A stretch of 64,000 nucleotides of DNA, taken from the IMG/VR virus record IMGVR_UViG_3300023110_001943, positions 77,497 through 141,496 of that record; one strand, written 5' to 3'. This document shows positions 1-11,360 of the stretch, in pieces. A program made the translations under genes and the position numbers. Numbering within the stretch: position 1 is the first letter of the stretch; every line of letters starts with the position of its first letter. The notes beneath the pieces were generated by a model. That model did no database searches and was not told the origin of the DNA. It worked only from the letters and a program-made list of their open reading frames with translations. Source of the DNA: a virus.

Positions 1-2
1 AT

Positions 3-1640
3 GATTATTCATTAAGAATTAAAGAAGGTATGGTATGTGAATCAAATGGTGGAATTATTTTTAGAACAACCGAACTTTTAGATTTCAATGATGAAACAGA
101 TAGAGAAGTTGTTGTATATCAAAGAGATTCAAACACAAACGAACCAACACAATATCTAATAAAAAAATATGTAAATGCAATTTCAGCTGAATTAAAAACA
201 ACATCTGTTCAGTTTGGTACTGCTCAACAATTTTCACAAATAAGATTAGCAGATACAAATATTATTGATATCTATGATGTAAGAGATTCAAATGGAAACA
301 AATGGTATCAAGTTCCTTATCTTGCACAAGAAATGGTTTATGTGGATTATCCAACTTCAGAACAAACAGATAAAGATTTAGCACAATTTAAAGATTCTGT
401 ATCAAGTGTTTTAAAACTTATAAAAACATCAAGAAGATTTACTACAAAGGTAAATGAAGATAATACAACTTCAATAATATTTGGAGGAGGTAACTCAACA
501 TCATCAGATGAAACATTAATACCAAACTTTAAAAATGTTGGATTAGGATTAAATTCATCCATAGATAGATTGGGTGCATCATTTGACCCTTCTAATTTCT
601 TAAAAACTAAAACATATGGACAGGCTCCTGCAAATACAACATTGACTGTTTCTTACTTAGTAGGTGGTGGAGTTGAATCCAATGTTGCTTCAAAAGAAAT
701 AACAAGAATTAATTCTATTTCGTTTGATGAAGATACGAGTGTATTTGGTTCGGCAGAATTAGCACTTTATAACAGAATGAAAGCTTCTGTTGCAATAGAA
801 AACGAATTACCAGGTAGAGGAGGTAGAGGTGCAGAATCTATCGAAGAGATTAGAGAAAATTCATTAGCAAACTTTGGTTCACAAAACAGAGCGGTAACAA
901 GAAAAGATTATCAAGTAAGAGCGTTATCGTTACCTCCAAAGTATGGTGGTGTTGCAAAAGCATATTGTGCACCAGATGGAGAGTTAGATAATAATTCACC
1001 TTCATCTATTTTAAATAATCCTGATTCATTAGAAGAATTTGCAGGATTAGTTCAATCATTAGGAAAACAAAACCTAACAGAACAACAAACAAAAGATGAA
1101 TTGAGAAAATTCTTAAGTGGAAAGAAAAATAACATAAACGAAAAGAATAATCCATTTGCAATTAACTTATATGTACTTGGATATGATTCAAGTAAATATC
1201 TAACATCATTAAATAAGGCTATTAAAGAAAATCTAAAAACTTATTTAGGAGAATATAGAATGTTAACTGATGGTGTTAATGTTATTGATGGGTTTATCAT
1301 AAACATAGGTGTAGATTTTGAAATCAGAGTTTATGGTGGATATAATAAAAGAGAAGTTCTTACACGATGTATAAATGAATTGAAAGATTACTTTAACATC
1401 GATAATTGGACATTTAATATGGCAATCAACATTTCTGAAATAGAATTACTGATTGCAGGAGTAGAGGGAGTACAATCAGTACCTAAGTGTGAAATTACTA
1501 ACAAGTGTTTAGGAAACTATTCATCGCATTCATATAATATACAAGATGCAACTAAAGGTAAAATGGTTTATCCATCTTTAGACCCATCTATATTTGAAGT
1601 GAAGTTTCCTAACAAAGATATTAAAGGGAGGGTTGTATAA
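3..1640 (+). CDS. Baseplate wedge subunit (T4 gp6 / baseplate J-like), 5'-truncated by the window edge
   Basis: Frame is open from nt 3. Motifs 'IIFGGG', 'TLTVSYLVGGGVESNV', 'ESIEEIR...SQNRAVTRKDY...YGGVAKA' are typical of gp6/baseplate-J proteins. Confidence 0.8.
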   Translation, partial: DYSLRIKEGMVCESNGGIIFRTTELLDFNDETDREVVVYQRDSNTNEPTQYLIKKYVNAISAELKTTSVQFGTAQQFSQIRLADTNIIDIYDVRDSNGNKWYQVPYLAQEMVYVDYPTSEQTDKDLAQFKDSVSSVLKLIKTSRRFTTKVNEDNTTSIIFGGGNSTSSDETLIPNFKNVGLGLNSSIDRLGASFDPSNFLKTKTYGQAPANTTLTVSYLVGGGVESNVASKEITRINSISFDEDTSVFGSAELALYNRMKASVAIENELPGRGGRGAESIEEIRENSLANFGSQNRAVTRKDYQVRALSLPPKYGGVAKAYCAPDGELDNNSPSSILNNPDSLEEFAGLVQSLGKQNLTEQQTKDELRKFLSGKKNNINEKNNPFAINLYVLGYDSSKYLTSLNKAIKENLKTYLGEYRMLTDGVNVIDGFIINIGVDFEIRVYGGYNKREVLTRCINELKDYFNIDNWTFNMAINISEIELLIAGVEGVQSVPKCEITNKCLGNYSSHSYNIQDATKGKMVYPSLDPSIFEVKFPNKDIKGRVV

Positions 1641-2704
1641 TGTATTATTTTGTAACGGCATCAAAAGATGCAACGATTTACTTACAACAACCAACACAAA
1701 ACACAGGGTTGGATGAGATATTAGAAGTTTCTAAAACTTATTATGGAAACTTAAAAGATATTGCTCACACACTAATCAAGTTTGATACAACATCACTTTC
1801 TCAATCAATAGTAAGTGGAGATGTAACTATGAGTTCGGCTGAACTTATTCTAAGAGAAGCTGATTCATCTGATGAAATACCAACAGATTACACAATATAT
1901 GCATATGCGGTAACCCAATCATGGGATATGGGAATCGGTACAAGATTTGATGAAATCAGTACAGATGGTGTTTCTTGGGATAAAGTTAGAACAGGTGTTA
2001 ATTGGATGACACAAGATTCACATTCAGCAGATACTACTGGCTCATTTAATGGTAAAGGTGGAACTTGGTTTACTGGTTCATATTCAACTCAATCATTTTC
2101 ATACGAAACAACTGATATTGAAATGGATGTTATTGATACAATGACTTCGTGGATTAGTGGTTCTATACCAAACGAAGGATTTATTTTAAAATATTCATCT
2201 TCATTAGAAAATGATACAAATGATTACGGTCAATTAAAATTCTTTTCAAAAGAAACAAATACTATTTACCAACCTAAATTAAGAATTGGTTGGGATGATT
2301 CTTCGTTCTCTACTGGCTCTTTAACAGAACTTACCGCTGATGATATTCATGTAACATTCAAAAGATTAAAGACCAGATATAAGCGTGGAAGTAAACCTGA
2401 AATCAGAGTTTTCGGTAGAGAGAAATATCCTCTCAAAACATACACCAACACATATTCTTACACAGATGTAAAATATTTACCATCTACTACTTATTACCAA
2501 ATAAAAGATGTAATCACAGAAGAGATAATTATACCATTCTCAGATTACACAAAAGTTAGTTGTGATTCGAGTGGTAACTATTTTAAATTAAACTTAACAA
2601 GCTGGGAATACAATAGAGATTACTATATTGAAATTAAAGTAGATAGGGATGGTGTTATAGAATACTTTGTAGATAAGGATTTAACTTTTACAATAGAGAA
2701 ATAA
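1640..2704 (+). CDS. Putative tail/baseplate structural protein with DNRLRE-like beta-sandwich
   Basis: 354 aa; 'SKDATIY', 'LIKFD', 'W..G', 'PKLRIGWDD' pattern; lies in the tail module; GGAGG upstream. Confidence 0.55.
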   Translation: MYYFVTASKDATIYLQQPTQNTGLDEILEVSKTYYGNLKDIAHTLIKFDTTSLSQSIVSGDVTMSSAELILREADSSDEIPTDYTIYAYAVTQSWDMGIGTRFDEISTDGVSWDKVRTGVNWMTQDSHSADTTGSFNGKGGTWFTGSYSTQSFSYETTDIEMDVIDTMTSWISGSIPNEGFILKYSSSLENDTNDYGQLKFFSKETNTIYQPKLRIGWDDSSFSTGSLTELTADDIHVTFKRLKTRYKRGSKPEIRVFGREKYPLKTYTNTYSYTDVKYLPSTTYYQIKDVITEEIIIPFSDYTKVSCDSSGNYFKLNLTSWEYNRDYYIEIKVDRDGVIEYFVDKDLTFTIEK

Positions 2705-2705
2705 A

Positions 2706-3917
2706 ATGAGTTTACAAGATAGATTTAGAATAGATGAACTTGTTAAAAAAGGTTCAAAGGCAACGAAGATAGATACATCTAAAGGAATTGTTGTGCGTAA
2801 AGTTGATGGAAAGGAAGTAAAACCTGCTTCATTAAAAAAAGATAAACCATTTGGAACTGAACAAATTAGAGGAAAACAAATACAACCAAAATTAAAAACC
2901 GATTTATTAGAACCACAAGAACAAATACAGGAAGAACAAACATCATTTAGTGGTGAAACATCAGCTCCTTTAGAAAGACCGTATTACGATGAAGAGCAAT
3001 TACAAAAGGCAATTGATATAAAAGTTGATGAGTTAATAAAAGAAAAAAAACCACCAAGAGGTAGGTATATTAAATATGAAAAATATGAAGATAAACTTAC
3101 TGAAATTGAAAGATTAATAAATAAAAATGGTGAGTTAACAGTTGAAAATGCCGATTTATCTTCTATAATATCAACACTTGAATCTGAAATATCAGATTTA
3201 CAAAACCAAGTAATTGCTGCTGAAACATTAACACGAACTGTTCAATCAGAATTTGATGCTTTAACTAAACGATATGAACAACTATTATCTGATTTCCAAA
3301 ACTCGGTTTTAAAAGGAACTAAAGAAGGAATAGAAAGAGTATCGTTAACTGCACAAACACGAGGGTTGGGTGCACAAAAAGAAACACTAGCATCTCAATT
3401 AGAATCTGAAAAAGAGATTGTTAAATCGTTACAAGCTGCAAATCAAACACTCCAACAAACAATTGAAACAAACCAGCAAATTGCTCAACAACAGATTCAG
3501 GCAGCAAACCAACAAGTTAAAGCAGCTCAAGCAACAGCATCAACCGCGGCAAACTCTAAGAAGAAAAAAATTATTTGTAATGAACTTTATCATCAAGGGT
3601 ATTTACCACAACACATTTGGGATGCGGATGAACGATGGGGTGATAAAAGATTCGTTACAGACCCTAAGTTGGTTATTGGATATCAAATGTGGGCAAGAAA
3701 AGTTGTGGAGTTTATGAGAAGAAAACCTCAATACACTCCAATTATATATTTCTTATGTAAACCATGGACAGAATGGATGGCATATGATTTAGGTGTATTA
3801 CCAAAAAATAATTTAAGAGGACAGTTTACTCAATGGGTGGGTAGATATTTCTCTTATATGGTTTATGATTTATATGGTGGAGATAAACTTTACCAAAGAT
3901 ACTTAAACTCTAACTAA
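2706..3917 (+). CDS. Coiled-coil virion protein with C-terminal 'KIICNELY..G..W..D..GY..WA' helical domain
   Basis: 403 aa; long heptad/Q-rich region, then a compact aromatic-rich C-terminal domain. Confidence 0.55.
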   Translation: MSLQDRFRIDELVKKGSKATKIDTSKGIVVRKVDGKEVKPASLKKDKPFGTEQIRGKQIQPKLKTDLLEPQEQIQEEQTSFSGETSAPLERPYYDEEQLQKAIDIKVDELIKEKKPPRGRYIKYEKYEDKLTEIERLINKNGELTVENADLSSIISTLESEISDLQNQVIAAETLTRTVQSEFDALTKRYEQLLSDFQNSVLKGTKEGIERVSLTAQTRGLGAQKETLASQLESEKEIVKSLQAANQTLQQTIETNQQIAQQQIQAANQQVKAAQATASTAANSKKKKIICNELYHQGYLPQHIWDADERWGDKRFVTDPKLVIGYQMWARKVVEFMRRKPQYTPIIYFLCKPWTEWMAYDLGVLPKNNLRGQFTQWVGRYFSYMVYDLYGGDKLYQRYLNSN

Positions 3918-3918
3918 G

Positions 3919-5976
3919 ATGGCTATAGAAGGATTTAAAGAAATAGTAGATAGAAGAGGATACAAAGTAGAATCTGAAGATAGAAAAATCTTTGAGAGAG
4001 AGATTGGTAAGTCTTATTTCGGTCTTGGTAATGCTGATATGATTGAATTTATATTATTTGATTCAAATGAAAATCAATTACCACAAGGTGAAGATGGTAA
4101 GTTAGTTAGATACATAAACTTAAATGATTCTAATATTAATGAATATTTTATTATTTCAAATAATAACTTTACAAAAAAATTAAACGGTGCTTCTGAGTTT
4201 ATAGTTGATATTGAAAAATTAGTAAAGGAAGCTGGGTATTCAAGTGGTATTTTTAAAACTCAGGTAACTTTATTAAATAGAAGAGCTGGTTCTGAACCTG
4301 GTAGTAATGATAAATTATGGATTCATGAAATTTCACCATCAAGAACTGAAATTAGAGTTTTACCTTTAAAAAATAAAAAACAACCAAACCCTGATTTAGA
4401 TTTAAGATATAATTTATTTATTGGAAATTCACAATTTAGAGATGATACGATTTATTATGCAAAACAATATATTCAAAACATAACAACACAAAAAGTAATT
4501 GATTCTTTTTCTCGAATAAAAGGAACGCAAAAAGATACATCAACTTATCATTCTTTAATAAAAAAAGAATTTAAAATTGAAAGTATTGAACTTTTTATTC
4601 AAAAAATTAGAGAAAAATTTATTGAATCTATGAATTATTTTATTGATGATAGAGAATGGAATATTGTAGATTTAAATTATGGTAAGCCAAAAAATAAATT
4701 AGATATTGTTGAATTATCGATAAAGACGATACATCAAGTATTCGAACAATCACTTGGATTAATTATTCAGTATTATTTACCCAAAAGAACAATACAAGAA
4801 GATAATGAATTAACACCAGAACAACAGGTTACATTTGATGAGGTAAAAGAAATTTTGAAATCGAGTGTATCTAATAATTTATACGAAGCAACTCAGCCTG
4901 ATAAAATAGATGCTGTTATACGAGGTTGTATGGACCCTGATGCTTTAAATTATAATCCACAAGCAAAAGAAGATGATGGGAGTTGTAAATATCAACAAAA
5001 TGACCCAGACCCAATTGAGATTAAAGGTTGTACGGATGCTAGTGCGTTAAACTACAATCCAAAGGCAACACAAGATGATGGAAGTTGTAAATACAAAGAT
5101 AAAGTTTCACAAAAAACTCAAACGTATTATGTTTGGTCTCAAGTAGCGAGTATAAAATACAAACAAGATGGTGTAATAAAAAATTTACAAGGTATTGAAT
5201 ATGATTCATTTACAATAACATACGATGATAATACTTTTAAATTTAAAGGTGATGTAAGAACAGTACCGAAAATAAAAGAAATAAAACCTGTACTTGCAAG
5301 TTATAGAATTACAAATGTAAGTAAAAAGAAAACGATAGTACAAAGGAATCGTCTAAAAGAACCATATCTAAGATATCCTGGTGATGAGTTTAGAGGATTT
5401 GGATATGGTGATAGAGATAGGTATGGATATGATTACGATAGGTTGGATTACATTGATGAACCAATAGAAATATTTAAAGGCCAATCAATATCATTTACTT
5501 ATAAAGATTCAAGTGGAAAACTTAAAACATCAGTTCCTTTGGCACCAAATAGTACAACTACTATTTGTGCACAATTAGGTTCTGTGGTAACACCAGCTGG
5601 ATTAAAAGCAACTCAACTTGGAGCTTGTGGTGGGATATTAACTGATGGTGGTGGGATATTAACTGATGATAGAATTGACTTAACCGAAAATGCAAATACT
5701 GGTATTGGTGCTGGTGCACTTGGTGGGGTTGAGTTGGATTTAAGTGACCAAAATGAAAAGGCTTTATTTGATATTGTAACCGATACATATGACCAGGTAA
5801 ATCAAACATCCACAAAACAATTTTTTGAGGACCAGAACAACAAAGCACTTGAACAATTTGCACCACAAGAAGAAACACGAGGTCAGAGCACAAGTGGTCA
5901 AAGTGCAGGACAAGGAAATTCGGTTAATAGAACATTAGATGGTAAAATAAAGGATAGACAAGTAAATCAGATATAG
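3919..5976 (+). CDS. Putative baseplate-associated structural protein with two GCxD...DDGSC repeats
   Basis: 685 aa; 'EISPSRTEIR' motif; Cys repeats at 4924-4986 and 5026-5088. Confidence 0.55.
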   Translation: MAIEGFKEIVDRRGYKVESEDRKIFEREIGKSYFGLGNADMIEFILFDSNENQLPQGEDGKLVRYINLNDSNINEYFIISNNNFTKKLNGASEFIVDIEKLVKEAGYSSGIFKTQVTLLNRRAGSEPGSNDKLWIHEISPSRTEIRVLPLKNKKQPNPDLDLRYNLFIGNSQFRDDTIYYAKQYIQNITTQKVIDSFSRIKGTQKDTSTYHSLIKKEFKIESIELFIQKIREKFIESMNYFIDDREWNIVDLNYGKPKNKLDIVELSIKTIHQVFEQSLGLIIQYYLPKRTIQEDNELTPEQQVTFDEVKEILKSSVSNNLYEATQPDKIDAVIRGCMDPDALNYNPQAKEDDGSCKYQQNDPDPIEIKGCTDASALNYNPKATQDDGSCKYKDKVSQKTQTYYVWSQVASIKYKQDGVIKNLQGIEYDSFTITYDDNTFKFKGDVRTVPKIKEIKPVLASYRITNVSKKKTIVQRNRLKEPYLRYPGDEFRGFGYGDRDRYGYDYDRLDYIDEPIEIFKGQSISFTYKDSSGKLKTSVPLAPNSTTTICAQLGSVVTPAGLKATQLGACGGILTDGGGILTDDRIDLTENANTGIGAGALGGVELDLSDQNEKALFDIVTDTYDQVNQTSTKQFFEDQNNKALEQFAPQEETRGQSTSGQSAGQGNSVNRTLDGKIKDRQVNQI
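4924..5088 (+). repeat. Two 21-aa GC(M/T)DxxALNYNPxAxxDDGSC repeats (third copy at 6141-6203 in the next gene)
   Basis: Read directly from the translations. Confidence 0.9.
5627..5668 (+). repeat. Perfect 21-nt tandem duplication GTGGTGGGATATTAACTGATG x2 (GGILTD repeated)
   Basis: Direct sequence inspection. Confidence 0.9.
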
Positions 5977-5984
5977 GATAGATA

Positions 5985-8900
5985 ATGATTAGACAAGAGT
6001 TTGCTATATACGATGATAATTTCAACAACGGATTCAACGAAGGATTCGATGATACTCTTCGTGTCGATGAGTTTGATTATGGAGTTGGAGGTGGTGGTGG
6101 TAGTATCATACGAGGTGGTGGAGGTACTACTATTATAAATGGATGTACAGACTCTAAAGCAAAAAACTATAATAGATTTGCAACAAGAGATGATGGTAGC
6201 TGTAGATATAATCCTCCAGCGTTACCAGTATTACTTGATAAAAGTAAAAGTATTACATTTACTATTGGGGTACAAAATGGAAAAGCAGCTAACGTATTTG
6301 TTGATGGTGTTTCTAATACAGTTACTAAGGCAGGATTAACTTTTACTGAAAAGGAATTATTAACTCCTAAATTAATAAATGTAGTTTCAAATAACAAAGA
6401 AAAATCAATTGAAACGTATCGAATCAAAACATTACATAAAACAATATTTAAAAATATTAAACCCGTACTTGAAAAAGATTTTGATGATGATACGGTAATT
6501 AGAGATTTTGAAGATAGAATTAAATTTCGTTCTGATATAAATTTTAGACCAGATTTTAATATTTTTGAATCTGGTAGACAACCTATTTTTAATATTGGTG
6601 GATTTGGAAACACAAGAATTCCTGCTATTGATTATGATAGACCAACAACAAGACCAACTCTTGGAATTGCACCGTATATACCACCAACAAACTTTAAGAA
6701 ACCATCTTTAACATTTGGAACGTTTGAGTGGACTACTTATGAGTTAATAATTGAAAAAAGAGATACAAATGGTTCATTTATGCCATTTCCTACACCAAAG
6801 CCTCAAAAAATAAATGGAATAGAATTAATTGAAAAGGCAAGAGTAGTACCTTTATATTTTAGATTTCCTCAACTTCCTCCTCCACTTCCTATTGTAAATG
6901 TATTTGATATAAAAATAAAAGGAGATGTAAGTAGTGATGAGATTATTAGATATACTACTTCTGATGGACAAACTGGTTTAGTTCGTAATGGATTAAATCA
7001 AATAACAGTTAATAAAGTTGGAAAAGATACATCTTGTTATATACAATTTAATGGTATTGGTATAAATGATTATTCTCATCAAGTAGAATATAAGTACGAA
7101 AACAATACAGATAAAACAAGAGGAGAAACTAAAAAAGGAATTGATTCTACTTTTAATTTATCTGTTGGTGAAAACTTTTTTAAAGTAACCGCAAATAAAC
7201 AAGTATTTACTCCAGACCCAAGTTCACCTACAATTAAGGTAGAAAATAATAATGTAATTTTTAACATTGCTAATTCTGATGATGTTAACGTTGTTTATGA
7301 TACAACATTTGCAGATAAAGTAATTTATACATTAGGTAATGTAGAACGAGAAATAGGACCAAGTGGTGTAATTAATTTACAAAACTCAGATTTTCCAAAT
7401 GGTGTTGGTAGGTATGTACTATATTTACAACCTGTTTCAGCACGAGGTGGTAGTGGTGAACTTGAAAAAGTTATCATTACGGTAGAAAGTAAAGCTTATC
7501 TACCTGGTCCTGATATTACTCATATTAACTTTCCTCAAAATATCAAAGGTGCTGATTTTAAAGAATACAATATTGATTTTGAGGTTTCTTGGCAATCTAT
7601 AAACACAAACTATATCTTAGTATATGCTGGTAAAGTTAGTGAAAGTAATTTAATTAAAAAAATCCCACCATCAGGAAACATTTCATTAAATGTAGCTGAA
7701 GTTATAAAAATTATTGGTAGTGATTTAGATGAAGATAGGGATGTTACTCAATTTAAACTTTTATTCATTCCTTATAATGAAGAGGGTGATGAAAGAACAG
7801 CAGGTAAAACTGAAGAAGCTACTATTACGTTTGATAAAGGAGATTTAAAATTAAGAAGAGCAAATGTAGTAAATGATTTAAAATCTGCATTTATTTCAAA
7901 TAGAAATGTTTCTGAATTTGATGATTACGTTTCACCACTATTAACACATTATTTACATCTTGGTGATGGTGATAATAAATTAATTGGTACCTGGGCAATT
8001 GATGATAGAACTTTTTCTGAAGAATATAGAGATGAAGAAGATAATCAAATAAAATATAGAAATATTGAACCATCTCTTGTATTAAAATTATATGAACCTC
8101 TACCAATAACTATAAATGTTAATGATAAGGTTTGGATTTCTAAAGTTCATTCAATCCCATTAATTGACCAAATAACAATTATTGATGATGTTACAAAACA
8201 TTGTACACCTTTAACACCAAACTTTGATTTAGAAGTTGGAGATGATATCGGATATCAGATTCTTGATGATTTAATTGCAAGTGGTTCAACGTCATCAACA
8301 CAAGTTATTAATGAGTTTGTTTCATCAAGTGAATTTTCATTAGAAAACTTAAATATAAATTTTGTATCATCATCTACAATGGTAAGTGGTGGAGTTGTTG
8401 TTGATACTACCAACGATTACAATTGGAAAGATTTTGTAAAATATTCATCAGCAGTAGAAAGAGTAGAAAATTTCTATTACAAAATAAAACTAATTAATCA
8501 ATACGAAGCAAGATACGATTTATTAACATCTGGTTCAGATTGGACAGGTTCTGTTGCGGTAACAAATGAAGCAAACAAACAACTTGAAAAAATAAATGAT
8601 GTTAAAAAAGGATTCGATGCTTTTGAAAAATTCTTATTTACATCGTCATCTGCCGATAACTTTACATATCCAAAAACAAACAATACTGGTAGTTTAATAA
8701 ATGCATTTAGTTCATCTGCTGTATCTTGGTATAATGGTGCTATAGAATCTGCAGAAATATACGATGAATCAAATACATCAAGATTAACATATAACTTACC
8801 AAAACATATACAAGAAGATGATAAGGGTCAAGAGTTCATTTTATTCTTTGATATGATTGGTCAACATTATGATATCTTATGGACTCACATAAAAGGATTC

Positions 8901-11291
8901 TCACAATCTAAAAAATTAGAACACAAGTTCGATGGTGGTATTACAAATGATTTAGTTTATCATATGTTAGAATCTCTTGGTTGGGATGCTGATATGGGAG
9001 TTCAATCTCAATTACTTTGGGAATATGCCTTCGGACAACACTCAGATGGAACTCAGATAACCGAGATGAGTGGTAAGAGTAGACAACAAGAAGTTTGGAG
9101 AAGATTACTAAATAACTTACCATATCTTTATAAACACAAAGGAACTAAAAGAGCTTTACATGCGGCAATGTCGTGTTACGGTGTACCCGCTTCTTTATTA
9201 ACAGTAATCGAATTTGGTGGACCAAATGATGTAGATACTTCTGGTACTACTAAATTTACATTCGAAGATAGAACTGCAGCAATTAACATAAGTGGTTCTC
9301 AGAGAATAGATGTACCTTGGAAAGAATATTCAGGTACTTCAGAATATCCAAATTCAGTTGAATTAAGATTTAATACAGAAGTTAGAGGAAATCAACAACT
9401 AATTAGTGGTAGTGATTGGAGTTTAAATTTATTAGCAGATACTGGTTCATTAGCTAAGATTCAATTAGTGGTAGGTTCTGAATCAGCATCTACTGATACA
9501 ATTCCATTCTTTAATGATGAATATACACAAATAGTTGTAAACAGAGAAACGGGTAGTTCTGATACATTTGAAGTATTTGTAAAAGAAGGATTCCAGGAAA
9601 GAATTAGAAACCAAGTTTCTGCTTCATTAACTACATCAGAAAAAGGATGGACGAGTGGTTCATATATTTCAGTCGGTGGAACTGATATAACAGGTTCAGT
9701 TGATGAATTCAGATTATGGACAACTGCTATTTCTGAATCTAAAATAGATAACCACACTTTATTACCAGATGCAATCGATGGTAATCATGTTTCATCTTCA
9801 ACTGAAGATTTAATTTTTAGATTAGATTTTGAATATCCAAAAAATAGAAGTACGAGTGGAGACCCAAATATTAAGAATGTTTCTATAAATCGTTCTTATG
9901 GAGAATCTTATGCAACCGCATCTTTATTTGATAATAATACTACCTATCCATATCACTACACACCATATGATAGAACAGTAACTGCGGATGTACCTTCAAG
10001 TGGATTTAACTTTAGTAACAAAGTAAGATTTGAAACTCAAACAAAGATTACAGAATTATCTTATAGAAGTAGAGCAACTAAAAAATCGTATGACCAAGCA
10101 CCAATCGATTCGGATAGATTAGGATTATTCTTCTCACCAATCAAAGAGATTAATATGGATATCCTTAAATCTCTTGGTTCATTTAATATTGATAATTATA
10201 TTGGTAATCCACAAGATGAATATTCTGATGAATATACTGAATTAAAACAACTAAGAAATTATTACTTTGATAGATATAATTTAAATTTATACGAATATAT
10301 TCAACTTGTAAGATATATTGATAAATCATTATTTGAAACACTTGAATCTCTTGTACCCGCAAGAGCAAAAGTATCAAGTGGATTATTGATTGAACCACAT
10401 ATTCTTGAAAGAAGTAAAACTAAATGGAACAGACCTACATCTGAAAAGAAAGATTATTCAACAATAATAGATGTAGAAAGTGATGTTAATGTAAGTTCAA
10501 CAAACCCACAATATTCAATGAGTTTGGATGTTGAACAAGATGTTAACTTAAGTGGAACATCACCATTTTATTCATCTACCATCAATGCAGAGGCCGATGT
10601 TAATCTAACAGGTACAGCTCCTTTTTATTCTTCAAGTATAAACACAGAAGAAGATATTAATTTAATTGGAGAAATGACCGTAAACTCTGGCTCTGATATG
10701 GGTGGTATTGTATTTAACATTGATGCAAAAATTACAGGTTCTATACAAGGTCAATATGATTCTACAAAATATCAACAAATAGGAATGGACCCTGATTCAT
10801 TATCAAGATTAGGATTTGGATTATATGGTGAAAATGGAAATTCACAGAGAACTTATATAGATGCATTTGGTAATGTTCAAAAAGATAGAGTTAAGATATA
10901 TTTATTAAAACAATCTTATACTGAAGATGTACCGCAAAATAGAGATTTCTTTGATGCATCAAGAGGTAGAGAATTTGTAACACAAACAAAATACAGATAC
11001 AAAGTAAATATATTACCATTTACAGGTTCAGATGGAAATGAGATGAGTTCTTCTGTTGGGGGTGATATTGTTGAAGTAACACCACTTGATGGATACTTCC
11101 CACTACATTATAGAAATGTTGGTGATTTGACAAGTGGATTGGAAAATTCATTTCATAATGGTTCAAAACAAACTGCAGCTACAACTACCGATGGTGGTTC
11201 ACCTGTACAAACATTTACAACAAATCCTAACACATTGAGAGTAAACGATAGTGGTAGAGGAAGTGGAGAACCAATTTTAGAAGTAGATTAA
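5985..11291 (+). CDS. Large baseplate wedge/tail protein (gp7 / P2 gpI-like region) with LamG-like domain
   Basis: 1768 aa; 'NNLPYLYKHKGTKRAL' wedge motif; 'GSVDEFRLWTTAIS' LamG-like signature; about four 19-aa repeats near 10455-10680. Confidence 0.65.
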   Translation: MIRQEFAIYDDNFNNGFNEGFDDTLRVDEFDYGVGGGGGSIIRGGGGTTIINGCTDSKAKNYNRFATRDDGSCRYNPPALPVLLDKSKSITFTIGVQNGKAANVFVDGVSNTVTKAGLTFTEKELLTPKLINVVSNNKEKSIETYRIKTLHKTIFKNIKPVLEKDFDDDTVIRDFEDRIKFRSDINFRPDFNIFESGRQPIFNIGGFGNTRIPAIDYDRPTTRPTLGIAPYIPPTNFKKPSLTFGTFEWTTYELIIEKRDTNGSFMPFPTPKPQKINGIELIEKARVVPLYFRFPQLPPPLPIVNVFDIKIKGDVSSDEIIRYTTSDGQTGLVRNGLNQITVNKVGKDTSCYIQFNGIGINDYSHQVEYKYENNTDKTRGETKKGIDSTFNLSVGENFFKVTANKQVFTPDPSSPTIKVENNNVIFNIANSDDVNVVYDTTFADKVIYTLGNVEREIGPSGVINLQNSDFPNGVGRYVLYLQPVSARGGSGELEKVIITVESKAYLPGPDITHINFPQNIKGADFKEYNIDFEVSWQSINTNYILVYAGKVSESNLIKKIPPSGNISLNVAEVIKIIGSDLDEDRDVTQFKLLFIPYNEEGDERTAGKTEEATITFDKGDLKLRRANVVNDLKSAFISNRNVSEFDDYVSPLLTHYLHLGDGDNKLIGTWAIDDRTFSEEYRDEEDNQIKYRNIEPSLVLKLYEPLPITINVNDKVWISKVHSIPLIDQITIIDDVTKHCTPLTPNFDLEVGDDIGYQILDDLIASGSTSSTQVINEFVSSSEFSLENLNINFVSSSTMVSGGVVVDTTNDYNWKDFVKYSSAVERVENFYYKIKLINQYEARYDLLTSGSDWTGSVAVTNEANKQLEKINDVKKGFDAFEKFLFTSSSADNFTYPKTNNTGSLINAFSSSAVSWYNGAIESAEIYDESNTSRLTYNLPKHIQEDDKGQEFILFFDMIGQHYDILWTHIKGFSQSKKLEHKFDGGITNDLVYHMLESLGWDADMGVQSQLLWEYAFGQHSDGTQITEMSGKSRQQEVWRRLLNNLPYLYKHKGTKRALHAAMSCYGVPASLLTVIEFGGPNDVDTSGTTKFTFEDRTAAINISGSQRIDVPWKEYSGTSEYPNSVELRFNTEVRGNQQLISGSDWSLNLLADTGSLAKIQLVVGSESASTDTIPFFNDEYTQIVVNRETGSSDTFEVFVKEGFQERIRNQVSASLTTSEKGWTSGSYISVGGTDITGSVDEFRLWTTAISESKIDNHTLLPDAIDGNHVSSSTEDLIFRLDFEYPKNRSTSGDPNIKNVSINRSYGESYATASLFDNNTTYPYHYTPYDRTVTADVPSSGFNFSNKVRFETQTKITELSYRSRATKKSYDQAPIDSDRLGLFFSPIKEINMDILKSLGSFNIDNYIGNPQDEYSDEYTELKQLRNYYFDRYNLNLYEYIQLVRYIDKSLFETLESLVPARAKVSSGLLIEPHILERSKTKWNRPTSEKKDYSTIIDVESDVNVSSTNPQYSMSLDVEQDVNLSGTSPFYSSTINAEADVNLTGTAPFYSSSINTEEDINLIGEMTVNSGSDMGGIVFNIDAKITGSIQGQYDSTKYQQIGMDPDSLSRLGFGLYGENGNSQRTYIDAFGNVQKDRVKIYLLKQSYTEDVPQNRDFFDASRGREFVTQTKYRYKVNILPFTGSDGNEMSSSVGGDIVEVTPLDGYFPLHYRNVGDLTSGLENSFHNGSKQTAATTTDGGSPVQTFTTNPNTLRVNDSGRGSGEPILEVD

Positions 11292-11322
11292 TAAAGAAAA
11301 ATAACTAAAAATAATAAATGTT

Positions 11323-11332
11323 ATATTTATAT
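11323..11332 (+). promoter_or_regulatory. ATATTTATAT putative late promoter
   Basis: Same 10-mer at nine intergenic sites upstream of + strand genes; 28 nt before ATG 11361. Confidence 0.6.
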
Positions 11333-11360
11333 ATTGAACAATAACAAGGAATTTTAAATT

